Source of the DNA: Mycoplasmatota bacterium
GTDB taxonomy: Bacteria; Bacillota_I; Bacilli_A; RF39; UBA660
DNA: 41,061 nucleotides
NCBI GenBank assembly: GCA_022768045.1
Contig: JALEND010000032.1
Span: 1-41,061, forward strand
Direction of reading: 5' to 3'
In this document: positions 9,877 through 19,486 of the stretch, piece after piece
Numbering within the stretch: position 1 is the stretch's first letter
Layout of the letters: the number at the start of each line of letters is the position of its first letter
Program-made: the position numbers and the translations under genes
Notes under the pieces: model-generated
What the model saw: only the letters and a program-made list of their open reading frames with translations
The model's database searches: none
What the model was told of the DNA's origin: nothing

Positions 9877-10075
9877 TTTCTACCTCCAACACCTTTTTTA
9901 TCTTTTTATTAAAATCTATTCTAGGTAACATTATTGTTCTACCACAATTACAGCATTCTATTTTTATATCAACACCAATTCTAACAACTTTAAAAATTTT
10001 ATTGCCACAAGGATGTTGTTTTTTCATTTCAACTAAAGTTCCTAATTCATACTTATTTTTCATTATGAACCTCAA
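9866..10075 (-). CDS. DUF951 (YyzM-like) small zinc-ribbon protein
   Basis: 69 aa. ...VEMKKQHPCGNKIFKVVRIGVDIKIECCNCGRTIML... matches the DUF951 pattern (CG...C.CG) found beside ychF/parB regions in Firmicutes. Confidence 0.7.
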   Translation of the reverse strand: MRFIMKNKYELGTLVEMKKQHPCGNKIFKVVRIGVDIKIECCNCGRTIMLPRIDFNKKIKKVLEVENER

Positions 10076-10886
10076 TTTGCATGTAAGGAATTTTAATACC
10101 AGCTTTATCCATAGATTGTTTTAACTCTCTTCTCATCATTCTTTGAACCGCCAAATGAGCAGCTGGCTTACATTTTCCTGTTATTCTATATATAACGGCT
10201 GAATCATCTAAAGACTCAACACCAAGTATTTGTGCATCATCTAGTAATTGTGGTATTTTTTCTTTAAGAGTTGCAACACTTACCTTTAATGCTTTTTCTA
10301 CCTTATCAAGATCTGATTCATAACTAACTGGTAAATCAACAACAGCTAATGTTTTATCTAAGCTGTAATTAATAACCTTTGAAATATTTCTATTTGATAT
10401 TATCTCAATTTCTCCTGTGTAAGCTTGTATTCTAGTTGATTTTAAACCAACCGATATTACAGTTCCTGTAAAATCATCTATCTTTACCACATCACCAACA
10501 GCAAATTGATTATCAAATAATATTGTAATACCAACTAATACATCTTTTAATATATCTTGAAAAGCAAGACCTATAACTAAACTTACAACACCAAGACCAG
10601 TGATAATTGCTGCTGTATTAACTCCATATACCGTTAATATTGCAAGAATTGCTATTATCCACAATGAATACTTAGTAATACTCTTAAGTATACTGCTAAT
10701 TGTTAACAATCTTCTTTTATCTAATTTTGTATTTTTTTCATTAATTTTAAAAACACGTTTTATTATCATTAATATTAACTTTTCCAAAACAAAAGTGACT
10801 AATATAATGATTATAGGCATATACACTTCTTTAGGAATGTACACTTTATTAAATTTCATATTATCCTCCAATATATTATTCAACAT
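10053..10886 (-). CDS. mscS: Small-conductance mechanosensitive channel (MscS family)
   Basis: Three TM helices, then the MscS beta-domain FAVGDVVKIDDFTGTVISVGLKSTRIQAYTGEIEIISNRNI. Confidence 0.85.
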   Translation of the reverse strand: MLNNILEDNMKFNKVYIPKEVYMPIIIILVTFVLEKLILMIIKRVFKINEKNTKLDKRRLLTISSILKSITKYSLWIIAILAILTVYGVNTAAIITGLGVVSLVIGLAFQDILKDVLVGITILFDNQFAVGDVVKIDDFTGTVISVGLKSTRIQAYTGEIEIISNRNISKVINYSLDKTLAVVDLPVSYESDLDKVEKALKVSVATLKEKIPQLLDDAQILGVESLDDSAVIYRITGKCKPAAHLAVQRMMRRELKQSMDKAGIKIPYMQIEVHNEK

Positions 10887-11781
10887 TTATGTTTAATATT
10901 TCTAAAATTCTATTTAAATCTTCTGGAGATACAAATGATATTTTGATTTTATTTTGTGAAATAGAAACCTTTGTTCCTAATTTATCTTTAATTGCATTTT
11001 CAGCATACTTATATTCAGATGGTTTTGATTTTTTTTGTTTTACCTCAACTGTTTTTTTCATATCATTAGAAGCAACCAACTCTTCTAAAGAACGTACACT
11101 TAAATTTTCTTCTACAACTTTATTAGCTAAATCCTCTATTTGACTATGATTTTCTAACTTACTTAAAGTCCTTGCATGACCCATTGAAATTTTTCCATAC
11201 AAAACCATATCTTGTACTGTAAGTGGTAATCTAAGTAAACCAAGCATGTTAGTAATATGACTTCTAGATTTTCCAAGTTTCTTAGCCAAATCCTCTTGAG
11301 TTAATCTTAATTGCTCTATGATTGATTTATAAGCCTTAGCTTCTTCTATAGCTGATAAATTTTCTCTTTGTAAATTCTCTAGTAAAGCAACTTGCATCAT
11401 TTCATCATCAGAAAAGTCCCTTATTATTGCTGGTATAGTTTCTTTTCCAGCTAAAAGTGATGCTTTAGCACGTCTTTCACCTGCAATTATATTATATCCT
11501 TTAACAGACTTCTTTACTATGATAGGTTGAAATACACCATGCTCTTTAATTGAATCAGCTAATTCTTTTAAGGCTTCATCATCAAATACTTTTCTTGGCT
11601 GATATGGATTACTCATTAATTCATTTAAGTTAATTTCAACAATCTCATCTTTTGGTGTTTCATTAACTATTTTTTCTTCTACTTGATTAAAATCTAACAT
11701 TTCTGAGTTAAATAACTGCTCTAACCCCATTCCAAGAGCTCTTCTCTTACTGTTGTTGTTTTCTTCTTTCATCTTGTTCAA
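10876..11781 (-). CDS. parB: Chromosome partitioning protein ParB/Spo0J
   Basis: ALGMGLEQLF, NPYQPRKVFD, IIAGERRAKAS (ParB box), HTH LTQEDLAKKLGKSRSHITNMLGLLRLP. Confidence 0.9.
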   Translation of the reverse strand: MNKMKEENNNSKRRALGMGLEQLFNSEMLDFNQVEEKIVNETPKDEIVEINLNELMSNPYQPRKVFDDEALKELADSIKEHGVFQPIIVKKSVKGYNIIAGERRAKASLLAGKETIPAIIRDFSDDEMMQVALLENLQRENLSAIEEAKAYKSIIEQLRLTQEDLAKKLGKSRSHITNMLGLLRLPLTVQDMVLYGKISMGHARTLSKLENHSQIEDLANKVVEENLSVRSLEELVASNDMKKTVEVKQKKSKPSEYKYAENAIKDKLGTKVSISQNKIKISFVSPEDLNRILEILNINVE

Positions 11782-12547
11782 TAACCTCCTTAGCTAAATT
11801 TAAATAAGCTTCTGTTCCTCTACTCATAGGATCATATGCTACTATTGGTTTTCCATGTGAAGGAGCTTCTGTAAGTCTTATTAATCTAGGAATTAATGTA
11901 TTATATACTCTTTCCTTAAAAAATCCCCTTACTTCTTCTACTACTTCTAATCCTAAATTCGTTCTAGAATCTAACATCGTAAGTAAAACACCTTCTATTT
12001 CAAGTGTTGGATTAAGTTTCTTTTGTGCAAGCATAATAGAATTTAATAATTGCATAATTCCTTCCAACGCAAAAAACTCACATTGTACAGGAATTAATAC
12101 TGAATTAGCTGAAGTTAAAGCATTAGTTGTTAAAAGCCCTAATGAAGGAGGGCAATCAATTATTATAAAATCAAATTCATCTTTTACTTCTTCTAATGCT
12201 AATTTTAATTGTAAATTTTTTTGATAAGTTGGATCTTGTTTACTTTTTTCTATTAATTCTATATCAGCACCAGCTAAATTTATTGTTGCTGGTATAATTG
12301 ATAAATTTTTAAAATTTGTCTTAATTATTGCATCATGTGCCTTGCATCTAGAAAGTAATAAATCATATATACTGTTTGATACATCACCTTTATTAATTCC
12401 TACTCCTGTCGATGCATTTCCTTGGGGATCTAAATCAATTAGTAAAACTTTTTTATTTTGAACACCAAGCGATGCAGCTAAATTAATGCTTGTTGTAGTT
12501 TTACCTACACCACCTTTTTGATTAACTAAAGCAATAATTCTGCCCAT
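11747..12547 (-). CDS. parA: Chromosome partitioning ATPase ParA/Soj
   Basis: MGRIIALVNQKGGVGKTTTSINLAA deviant Walker A, IIDCPPSLG. ATG 12547 (ORF open to 12556) has AAGGGG at 9-nt spacing. Confidence 0.9.
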   Translation of the reverse strand: MGRIIALVNQKGGVGKTTTSINLAASLGVQNKKVLLIDLDPQGNASTGVGINKGDVSNSIYDLLLSRCKAHDAIIKTNFKNLSIIPATINLAGADIELIEKSKQDPTYQKNLQLKLALEEVKDEFDFIIIDCPPSLGLLTTNALTSANSVLIPVQCEFFALEGIMQLLNSIMLAQKKLNPTLEIEGVLLTMLDSRTNLGLEVVEEVRGFFKERVYNTLIPRLIRLTEAPSHGKPIVAYDPMSRGTEAYLNLAKEVIEQDERRKQQQ

Positions 12548-12635
12548 ATTATTCATCCCCTTGCTACTATAATGATTTTCATATAATATTTTATCAGAAA
12601 AAAGAAGATTTTTAAAGTATTTGTATAAAACCTTT

Positions 12636-13574
12636 TTACTTTTCTTCTTGATTCTTTATTTTTTCATAAAACTCTTTTATTTTTCTTAATCTATGATTTA
12701 AACATGATTTACTTATATTTGTTTCTAATTCAAGTGTCATAATCTTACTTAAATCCATTAAAGAAGTTTCAGCATATTTCACCCTGTACTCTGCAGTCTG
12801 CTTAAGTTTTTCTTCCATAAGATCAAATGCATTCTTTTCTTTTATATAATTAATCATATCTATTTGTTTTTTTGACGTATTAACAGTTTTTTCAACATTA
12901 GCTTGTTCACAATTATTAAGTCTATTTGTCATGTTTATTTTTTCTCTATAAACACGTATTTCTTCATAGTACATAACTCCATTATATGCTCTTATTAATC
13001 TTAAAAAGTCGCTTATTTTTTCAGCTTCTTTAACATATATCATGTAACCTTTTTTTCTATGAAGTATCTTACTATTCATTCTACTTTGATTTAATAAGTC
13101 ATTTAAAAACTTAGCATACTCTATATCATTTATTAAAAACTCTAAATGATATTTAGAAGTTTTTGGATTATTCAAACTACCAGATACTAAAAATACACCT
13201 CTTAAATAAGCCCTTACTAACTCATCATCTGATAATAAAGAATCAGTTGGAATTCTAAGCATTTGATTCTTATCATTTACTATTCCAAGATCTCTTAAAA
13301 CCTTTAACGTATCTTTTTTTAATTCTAAAACATAAATTTCATTTTTCTTAAAGTTATAATTTTTTCTTAAAGATATATTTAAATTTATATCATACAAAAT
13401 TTTAAATAACCCAAAAATTCTATTTGCAACAAATTTATTTTCTGTTTGAATTTTAATATTATATATCTTTATTTCTGCACTTGTTCTAATGATACCAGAT
13501 AATTCAGATAGATACTCTGCTCTAGTACACTCTGTTGTGCTAATTTCTTTTTTTATCTCACTTGAAAAAGTCAT
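12636..13574 (-). CDS. whiA: DNA-binding sporulation/cell-division regulator WhiA
   Basis: MTFSSEIKKEI..., YLRGVFLVSGSLNNPKTSKYHLEF (LAGLIDADG-like) and C-terminal HTH ...ISKSCLNHRLRKI. Confidence 0.85.
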   Translation of the reverse strand: MTFSSEIKKEISTTECTRAEYLSELSGIIRTSAEIKIYNIKIQTENKFVANRIFGLFKILYDINLNISLRKNYNFKKNEIYVLELKKDTLKVLRDLGIVNDKNQMLRIPTDSLLSDDELVRAYLRGVFLVSGSLNNPKTSKYHLEFLINDIEYAKFLNDLLNQSRMNSKILHRKKGYMIYVKEAEKISDFLRLIRAYNGVMYYEEIRVYREKINMTNRLNNCEQANVEKTVNTSKKQIDMINYIKEKNAFDLMEEKLKQTAEYRVKYAETSLMDLSKIMTLELETNISKSCLNHRLRKIKEFYEKIKNQEEK

Positions 13575-13599
13575 GATATCACTTTCCTATCCAAAGAGA

Positions 13600-13628
13600 A
13601 TTATAACAGAATTGAATTTCTTTTTCAA
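13600..13628 (-). promoter_or_regulatory. Sigma-A type promoter for whiA
   Basis: Minus strand TTGAAA (13623-13628), 17-nt spacer, TATAAT (13600-13605). Confidence 0.6.
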
Positions 13629-13677
13629 CATATCCAGGTGTTTTTTATTAAATTATAATTTTTAAAAAGCCAGCTAA

Positions 13678-14568
13678 CTACTTAACTGGCTTCTTTATTT
13701 TCTTTATTATATCAGTTGCAGCTACCGCTCCTTCACTAGTTGCTGTTATAACTTGATATAGACTTTTACTTATCATATCACCACAAGCATAAACATTATT
13801 AATGTTAGTTTGCATATTATGATCAACTATTATTCCTTTTTTATCTGCTTTTAAATTTAAATTTTCATAGTAAAAAGCATTTTTCTTTTCTCCTAAGCAA
13901 ACAAAAACACCATCTACTTTTATCAAATCCTTGTTAGTTTTAATTTTTTCTAGCTTTTCTTCCCCTATTAAGTCTTCAATCTTAGAATCATTTTTTACTT
14001 CTACATTTTTATAATTTTTAATGTCATATTTAAAAGTTTGCTCTTTATTTATTAAGTATATTTTATTTGCAATACTACTTAAATATAAGATTGCATCATA
14101 TGCTGATAATCCACTACCAATTACTGCAACATCTTTATTCTTATATAAATTTCCATCACATGTAACACAGTAAGATATACCGTTTTGTTCAAACTTTTTA
14201 GCATTATTACATTCTAATTTTTTTGAAACTTTTCCTGTGGATAATATTAAATAAGGAGCTGCATAATTTTCTTTTGATGTTTCAACAGAAAACAAATTAT
14301 CTTTATTTATATTTATTACTTCTGCTACTACTATTTTTATATTTAATGCTTCTACTTGACTATACATTCTAAAAGCAAGCTTAAGTCCAGACTGCTCTGT
14401 ATATCCGGGATAATTCTGTATGCTTTTAACTTTGTTTAAAGTACCTCCTGGAGAATCTTTTTCAATTATTAACGGATTTATCCCTGCTCTTTTTAAATAT
14501 ATTGCAGCAGATAAACCAGCTGGACCAGCTCCTATTATAATTACATCATAATTATTCATTAGAACCAC
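13678..14568 (-). CDS. trxB: Thioredoxin-disulfide reductase
   Basis: IIIGAGPAGLSAAIY FAD motif, redox-active CVTCDG, second GSGLSA dinucleotide motif, ACGD near the C-terminus. Confidence 0.8.
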   Translation of the reverse strand: MVLMNNYDVIIIGAGPAGLSAAIYLKRAGINPLIIEKDSPGGTLNKVKSIQNYPGYTEQSGLKLAFRMYSQVEALNIKIVVAEVININKDNLFSVETSKENYAAPYLILSTGKVSKKLECNNAKKFEQNGISYCVTCDGNLYKNKDVAVIGSGLSAYDAILYLSSIANKIYLINKEQTFKYDIKNYKNVEVKNDSKIEDLIGEEKLEKIKTNKDLIKVDGVFVCLGEKKNAFYYENLNLKADKKGIIVDHNMQTNINNVYACGDMISKSLYQVITATSEGAVAATDIIKKIKKPVK

Positions 14569-15352
14569 CCTCTACATTTTTATATCTATCGCATTTTATA
14601 CTAGTTACTATTAACATAATTATACCTATTATAATCATAATTATAGATATTAATTGTGCTATTTTCATATTTCCTAAAAGAAGACTATCAGTTCTCATAC
14701 TTTCAATTATAAATCTTACAATTCCATACCAAATTAAATATAATGCAGTTATGTTTCCAAGTTTTATTTTTTTAAACTTTCTTATAATTATCAATAATAT
14801 AAAACCAATAACGTTTAAAACAGACTCATATAAGTATGTTGGAGCATAATAGTATTTTCCTATGTGCATACCCTCTATTATAAAATTAGGTAAATGAAGA
14901 TTCTCTAAAAAAGTTCTAGATACTATTCCACCATGAGCTTCACCATTAAAGAAGTTACCCCAACGTCCTATTGCCTGTGCAATAATTACACCAACACATG
15001 CAATATCAGTCATTTTTAATATATTAATTTTATATTTCTTACAATATACTACTAAAGTTATTATTCCTGCTATTATTCCACCATGAATAGCTAAACCACC
15101 ATTCCATATTTTTATTATCTCTATTGGATCTTGCATATAATAATCTAAATTAAATAAAACATAGTATATCCTTGCTCCTATTATACCAAATATAACACAC
15201 CAAAAAATTAAGTTAGAGACAAAAGAAGAAGAAATATTATATTTCTTTGATTCTTTATTAATTAGTATATATGCAACTATTATTCCTGAAAGAATAAATA
15301 TAGCATACCAAGTTACTGTTAAATTACCAAGTTTTAAAGCTACTGGATTCAT
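14552..15352 (-). CDS. lgt: Prolipoprotein diacylglyceryl transferase
   Basis: YAIFILSGI..., GARIYYV, GGLAIHGG, GRWGNFFNGEAHG are the Lgt signature blocks. Confidence 0.9.
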   Translation of the reverse strand: MNPVALKLGNLTVTWYAIFILSGIIVAYILINKESKKYNISSSFVSNLIFWCVIFGIIGARIYYVLFNLDYYMQDPIEIIKIWNGGLAIHGGIIAGIITLVVYCKKYKINILKMTDIACVGVIIAQAIGRWGNFFNGEAHGGIVSRTFLENLHLPNFIIEGMHIGKYYYAPTYLYESVLNVIGFILLIIIRKFKKIKLGNITALYLIWYGIVRFIIESMRTDSLLLGNMKIAQLISIIMIIIGIIMLIVTSIKCDRYKNVEGGSNE

Positions 15353-15765
15353 TATTCTTCACACCTTTCTAATATTGGTTTAATAATTAAATTTTCAACT
15401 ATTAAATTTACTACACTAATTAGTATAGATACTACAAAAGGTGATAAAAAGCCTGTTAAGTAAACGTACTTTCCCATAATTAAGTCAGTTATAAGTAAAA
15501 TAATAAAGTTTATAACAAAGTAAAATAAACCTAGTGTCATTCCTATAATAGGAATTGATAAAGTAACTAAAAATGGCTTTAAAGTCTTATTTAATATATA
15601 TATTATTACTGCTGAAATAAATCCAACCAAAAAATTTTCAATATATATTGATTTAAAAACTTGAGATGACGTCCATAAAATAAGAGCATATACAAGCATA
15701 TATATAAGCCATTCTAAAAATATATTTATTTTATTAACAAAATTATTATTTTTACCTTTCTTCAT
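15352..15765 (-). CDS. DUF360 / phage-holin-4_2 family membrane protein (YvlD-like)
   Basis: Four TM helices with NKTLKPFLVTLSIPIIGMTLGLFYFVINFIILL. Start taken at ATG 15765 (MKKGKNN...). The track ORF extends to 15801. Confidence 0.7.
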   Translation of the reverse strand: MKKGKNNNFVNKINIFLEWLIYMLVYALILWTSSQVFKSIYIENFLVGFISAVIIYILNKTLKPFLVTLSIPIIGMTLGLFYFVINFIILLITDLIMGKYVYLTGFLSPFVVSILISVVNLIVENLIIKPILERCEE

Positions 15766-15991
15766 AATTACCACCACTATAATTATATCACAGCAAAACA
15801 AAAATAATAATTAATATTATAAAAAAGCTAAGTTATTTTTTTGTGAACTTCATACATAAACTCATCTATAATTACATATTTTTTCTTTATTTTGTTCATA
15901 TTTATTATTTCTCCATCCAAATTATATAAATTATTATTTTTTCTTATTAATATTAAGTAATTCGGATATAGTTTTTTTATTCTTCCTACCA

Positions 15992-16405
15992 TTATTCAAC
16001 CTCTATTCCTAATGAAAAGGCAAATCTTATTAATGTATCTTTCTTTTTAATATAATAATAGCCAAGAGAAAAGCCTAAGTTATTTGCAATGTATCTATCA
16101 TCATACCTGTTTTCCCTATCAAAATACGTCCAGTAAATAATCTTTCTTTCATCACTAGTTAATTTATTGTAAGAAAATCTTACATAATTTATAAAGTCTA
16201 TTCTTTTTAATATTTCATCCTTAGGTATTTTTATATATTTTTCTACTATGTCAGAAGCAGAAATTAACTTCAACTTATAATTTTCTTCCAATGATTCTTG
16301 TGGCATACAAACAGATAATGTATATAAGTTATACTTTTCTGCTAAACGTTCTATGTTCTTTTTTGTATCATTCCATGAGATTTTAACATCACCCATTATA
16401 TACAC
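15992..16405 (-). CDS. Small sigma-70 region-4-like / ArpU-RinA-like transcriptional regulator (putative)
   Basis: 137 aa. The C-terminal LTSDERKIIYWTYFDRE..DDRYIANNLGFSLGYYYIKKKDTLIRFAFSLGI resembles the L..E..i....y....IA..lg.S......k..Al..fa HTH of small phage-type activators. Confidence 0.4.
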   Translation of the reverse strand: MYIMGDVKISWNDTKKNIERLAEKYNLYTLSVCMPQESLEENYKLKLISASDIVEKYIKIPKDEILKRIDFINYVRFSYNKLTSDERKIIYWTYFDRENRYDDRYIANNLGFSLGYYYIKKKDTLIRFAFSLGIEVE

Positions 16406-16544
16406 CTCCGTATCAAGAATATTTTATCATTTTTAAAGTTTTTAAAGTTAATATTTAAATCATAAGAAATTCATAAAAAAATAAGATAAAAGTAATATTG
16501 CTTCTATCTTATTATTCTTCTTTGGTTTTCTAATCCTTCGTAAT

Positions 16545-19355
16545 TTATAAAACTTTCTTTAAATACTGTCCAGTATATGATTCTTTACACTTAGCTACCT
16601 TCTCTGGAGTTCCTTCGCAAACAACAGTTCCTCCTTCATCTCCGCCCTCTGGTCCAAGGTCAATTATGTGATCAGCTACTTTTATAACGTCAAGATTATG
16701 TTCAATAACCACAACAGTATCTCCGTTATCAACTATTCTATTTAATATAACAAGTAATTTCTTTATATCATCACTATGAAGCCCAGTTGTAGGTTCATCT
16801 AAAATAAACATACTCTTACCAGTTGGTTTCTTTTGAAGCTCTTTAGCAAGCTTAACGCGAGATGCTTCTCCTCCTGATAAAGTAGGTGCACTTTGACCTA
16901 ATTTAATATAACCTAATCCTACATCCATTAAAACCTGGAGTTTTCTTTTTATCTTTGGATGATTTTCAAAGAATTCTAACGCTTCTTCTACACGCATACC
17001 AAGCACATCATATATTGTTTTACCCTTATATTTTACCTCTAATGTTTCCTTATTAAATCTAGTACCGCCACATACTTCACAAGGAACATAAACATCTGGT
17101 AAAAAGTTCATTGAAATCTTTTTAACACCATCTCCCCAGCAAGCTTCACACCTACCACCTTTTACATTAAATGAAAATCTACCTTTTTCATAACCTCTTA
17201 TTTTTGCTTCTTTAGTATTAGCAAAAACATCTCTTATATCGTCAAATACACCTATGTAAGTTGCAGGATTACTACGAGGTGTTCTTCCTATTGGATCTTG
17301 TGTTATATCTATTACTTTATCTATGTTTTCAGTACCCTTGATGCTTCTATGTTTTCCAGGTACAACACGTGAATTATAAACCTCAAGCATAAGCGATTTA
17401 TATAAAATTTCATTTACTAAGCTGCTCTTACCTGAACCTGATACTCCAGTTACTAGTATGAGTTTTCCAAGTGGAAACTTAACATTTATATTCTTTAAGT
17501 TATTTTCCTTAGCTCCCTTTATTTCTATAAATTTTCCATTACCTTTTCTTCTTTTTTTAGGAACCTCTATTTTTTCTTTACCACTTAAATATCTTCCAGT
17601 TAAACTATTATCATCTTGCATAACTTCTTCTGGCGTTCCACAAGATACAATAGTACCTCCATGGTCACCTGCTCCTGGACCTACATCAACTAAATAATCA
17701 GCCTCTAACATTGTATCAGTATCATGTTCTACTACTATTAAAGTATTACCAAGATCTCTCATTTTTAAAAGAGAATCTATAAGTCTTTGGTTATCTCTTT
17801 GATGAAGCCCTATAGATGGTTCATCTAACACATATAAAACACCTGTTAATTGAGAACCTATTTGTGTTGCAAGTCTAATTCTTTGAGCTTCTCCTCCTGA
17901 CAATGTACCAGCACTTCTAGATAAAGTTAAATAACCTAATCCTACATTATGTAAAAACTCTAATCTAGATTTTATCTCCTTAATCAAAAGATGTGCTATT
18001 TCTTCTTTTTCCTTACTAAGTTTCAATTTATCAAAGAAATTATATAACTTATCTACATTCATATCCGTTAAATCAATGATGTTTTTTTTGTTTATCAAAA
18101 CAGATAATACACTTTCTTTAAGTCTTTTTCCTTTACAAGTAGGACAAGTAAGTTCTACCATGTACTTACCAAGCCATTCTCTTATGAACTCACTATTTGT
18201 TTCAAAATATCTTCTTTCTAGATTATTTAAAACACCCTCATATGGCTCATAACTATTCATTTGATTACCACTTCTTGTTTTAAACTTAAATTCTATAGGG
18301 TCTTTTGTTCCATAAAGAATGATGTCTAACTCTTTCTTAGTTAAATCTTTCATCTTTTTATTCATATCAATATTATATTTATTACATACTATTTCTAGTT
18401 TTTTTATGTAAATATTTTGGTCATCCATACCAGCAAGTGGTTCTATTCCGCCTCTTGCAAGCGTTTTTTCCTTATCAGGAATAATTAATTTCTCACTAAT
18501 CTTTTGTTTAAAACCAAGGCCCTTACAATTAGGACATGAACCATATGGTGCATTAAATGAAAACATTCTAGGTTCTAATTCTTCTAGGGAAAAATCACAA
18601 TGTGGACACGCAAATGCCTCACTCATAACTATTTCTTTGCTTCCTGGTATTTCTACAACAGCTTTACCTTTTGACAATTTACAAGCAAGTTCTATTGCTT
18701 CATATATTCTACTTCTTGAATCTTCTTTTTTTATTATCCTATCTATTATTACAAGTATATTATGTTTTTTATTTTTATCAAGAACAATATCGCCACTTAA
18801 ATCTTTTACCTCATCATCTATTTTTACTCTTACATAACCATCTTTTCTTAAGTTATCAATTAAATCTTTAAATGTACCCTTTTGACCATATACAACCGGA
18901 GACATAATAATTAGTTTTGTTTTATCCTCTTCATTCATTATTTGAGCTGTCATTTCTTCTATTGATTGACTAGATATTGGGATATTATGATTAGGACAAT
19001 AAGGTACACCAATACGTGCAAATAAAAGCCTAAAATAATCATATATTTCTGTAACAGTTCCAACCGTTGATCTAGGATTATTATTAGTCGTTTTTTGATC
19101 TATTGAAATTGATGGAGAAAGTCCTTCTATAGAATCAACATCAGGCTTTGTTGTACTTCCTAAAAACTGTCTTGCATAGGCAGACAAACTTTCCACATAT
19201 CTTCTTTGACCTTCTGCATATATAGTATCAAAAGCAAGGGATGACTTACCACTTCCTGATACTCCTGTCATTACCGTTAATTTATTTTTTGGTATTTCTA
19301 TGTTAACATTTTTTAAATTATTTTCTCTAGCACCTTTTACTATAATTTTATCCAC
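16545..19355 (-). CDS. uvrA: Excinuclease ABC subunit A
   Basis: 936 aa. Two ABC modules (GVSGSGKSSL twice, LSGGEAQR / LSGGEASR), zinc modules CPHC...CPNC and CEAC...CEVC. GTG start with GAAGGTGA SD. Confidence 0.97.
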   Translation of the reverse strand: MDKIIVKGARENNLKNVNIEIPKNKLTVMTGVSGSGKSSLAFDTIYAEGQRRYVESLSAYARQFLGSTTKPDVDSIEGLSPSISIDQKTTNNNPRSTVGTVTEIYDYFRLLFARIGVPYCPNHNIPISSQSIEEMTAQIMNEEDKTKLIIMSPVVYGQKGTFKDLIDNLRKDGYVRVKIDDEVKDLSGDIVLDKNKKHNILVIIDRIIKKEDSRSRIYEAIELACKLSKGKAVVEIPGSKEIVMSEAFACPHCDFSLEELEPRMFSFNAPYGSCPNCKGLGFKQKISEKLIIPDKEKTLARGGIEPLAGMDDQNIYIKKLEIVCNKYNIDMNKKMKDLTKKELDIILYGTKDPIEFKFKTRSGNQMNSYEPYEGVLNNLERRYFETNSEFIREWLGKYMVELTCPTCKGKRLKESVLSVLINKKNIIDLTDMNVDKLYNFFDKLKLSKEKEEIAHLLIKEIKSRLEFLHNVGLGYLTLSRSAGTLSGGEAQRIRLATQIGSQLTGVLYVLDEPSIGLHQRDNQRLIDSLLKMRDLGNTLIVVEHDTDTMLEADYLVDVGPGAGDHGGTIVSCGTPEEVMQDDNSLTGRYLSGKEKIEVPKKRRKGNGKFIEIKGAKENNLKNINVKFPLGKLILVTGVSGSGKSSLVNEILYKSLMLEVYNSRVVPGKHRSIKGTENIDKVIDITQDPIGRTPRSNPATYIGVFDDIRDVFANTKEAKIRGYEKGRFSFNVKGGRCEACWGDGVKKISMNFLPDVYVPCEVCGGTRFNKETLEVKYKGKTIYDVLGMRVEEALEFFENHPKIKRKLQVLMDVGLGYIKLGQSAPTLSGGEASRVKLAKELQKKPTGKSMFILDEPTTGLHSDDIKKLLVILNRIVDNGDTVVVIEHNLDVIKVADHIIDLGPEGGDEGGTVVCEGTPEKVAKCKESYTGQYLKKVL

Positions 19356-19409
19356 TTAAATCACCTTCAGTTTAATATTCTATCATAAAATCACTAAATT
19401 TATACATCA

Positions 19410-19438
19410 ATTATATCAAACAATTGTACTTATTGCAA
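19410..19438 (-). promoter_or_regulatory. Sigma-A type promoter for uvrA
   Basis: Minus strand TTGCAA (19433-19438), 17-nt spacer, TATAAT (19410-19415), directly after the uvrB terminator. Confidence 0.6.
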
Positions 19439-19443
19439 TATAC

Positions 19444-19467
19444 AAAAAGCCATGCTTTTGCATGACT
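19444..19467 (-). terminator. Rho-independent terminator after uvrB
   Basis: GUCAUGC-aaaa-GCAUGGC followed by UUUUUGUAUAU on the minus strand. Confidence 0.7.
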
Positions 19468-19486
19468 AAATATAATAAATCTTAAG

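Noticed and set aside
10876-12556. Looked for a parS site (TGTTNCACGTGAAACA) in and around parAB.
   Set aside because: I found no CACGTG-centred match. The CACGTG occurrences at about 1365 and 28925 have unrelated flanks.
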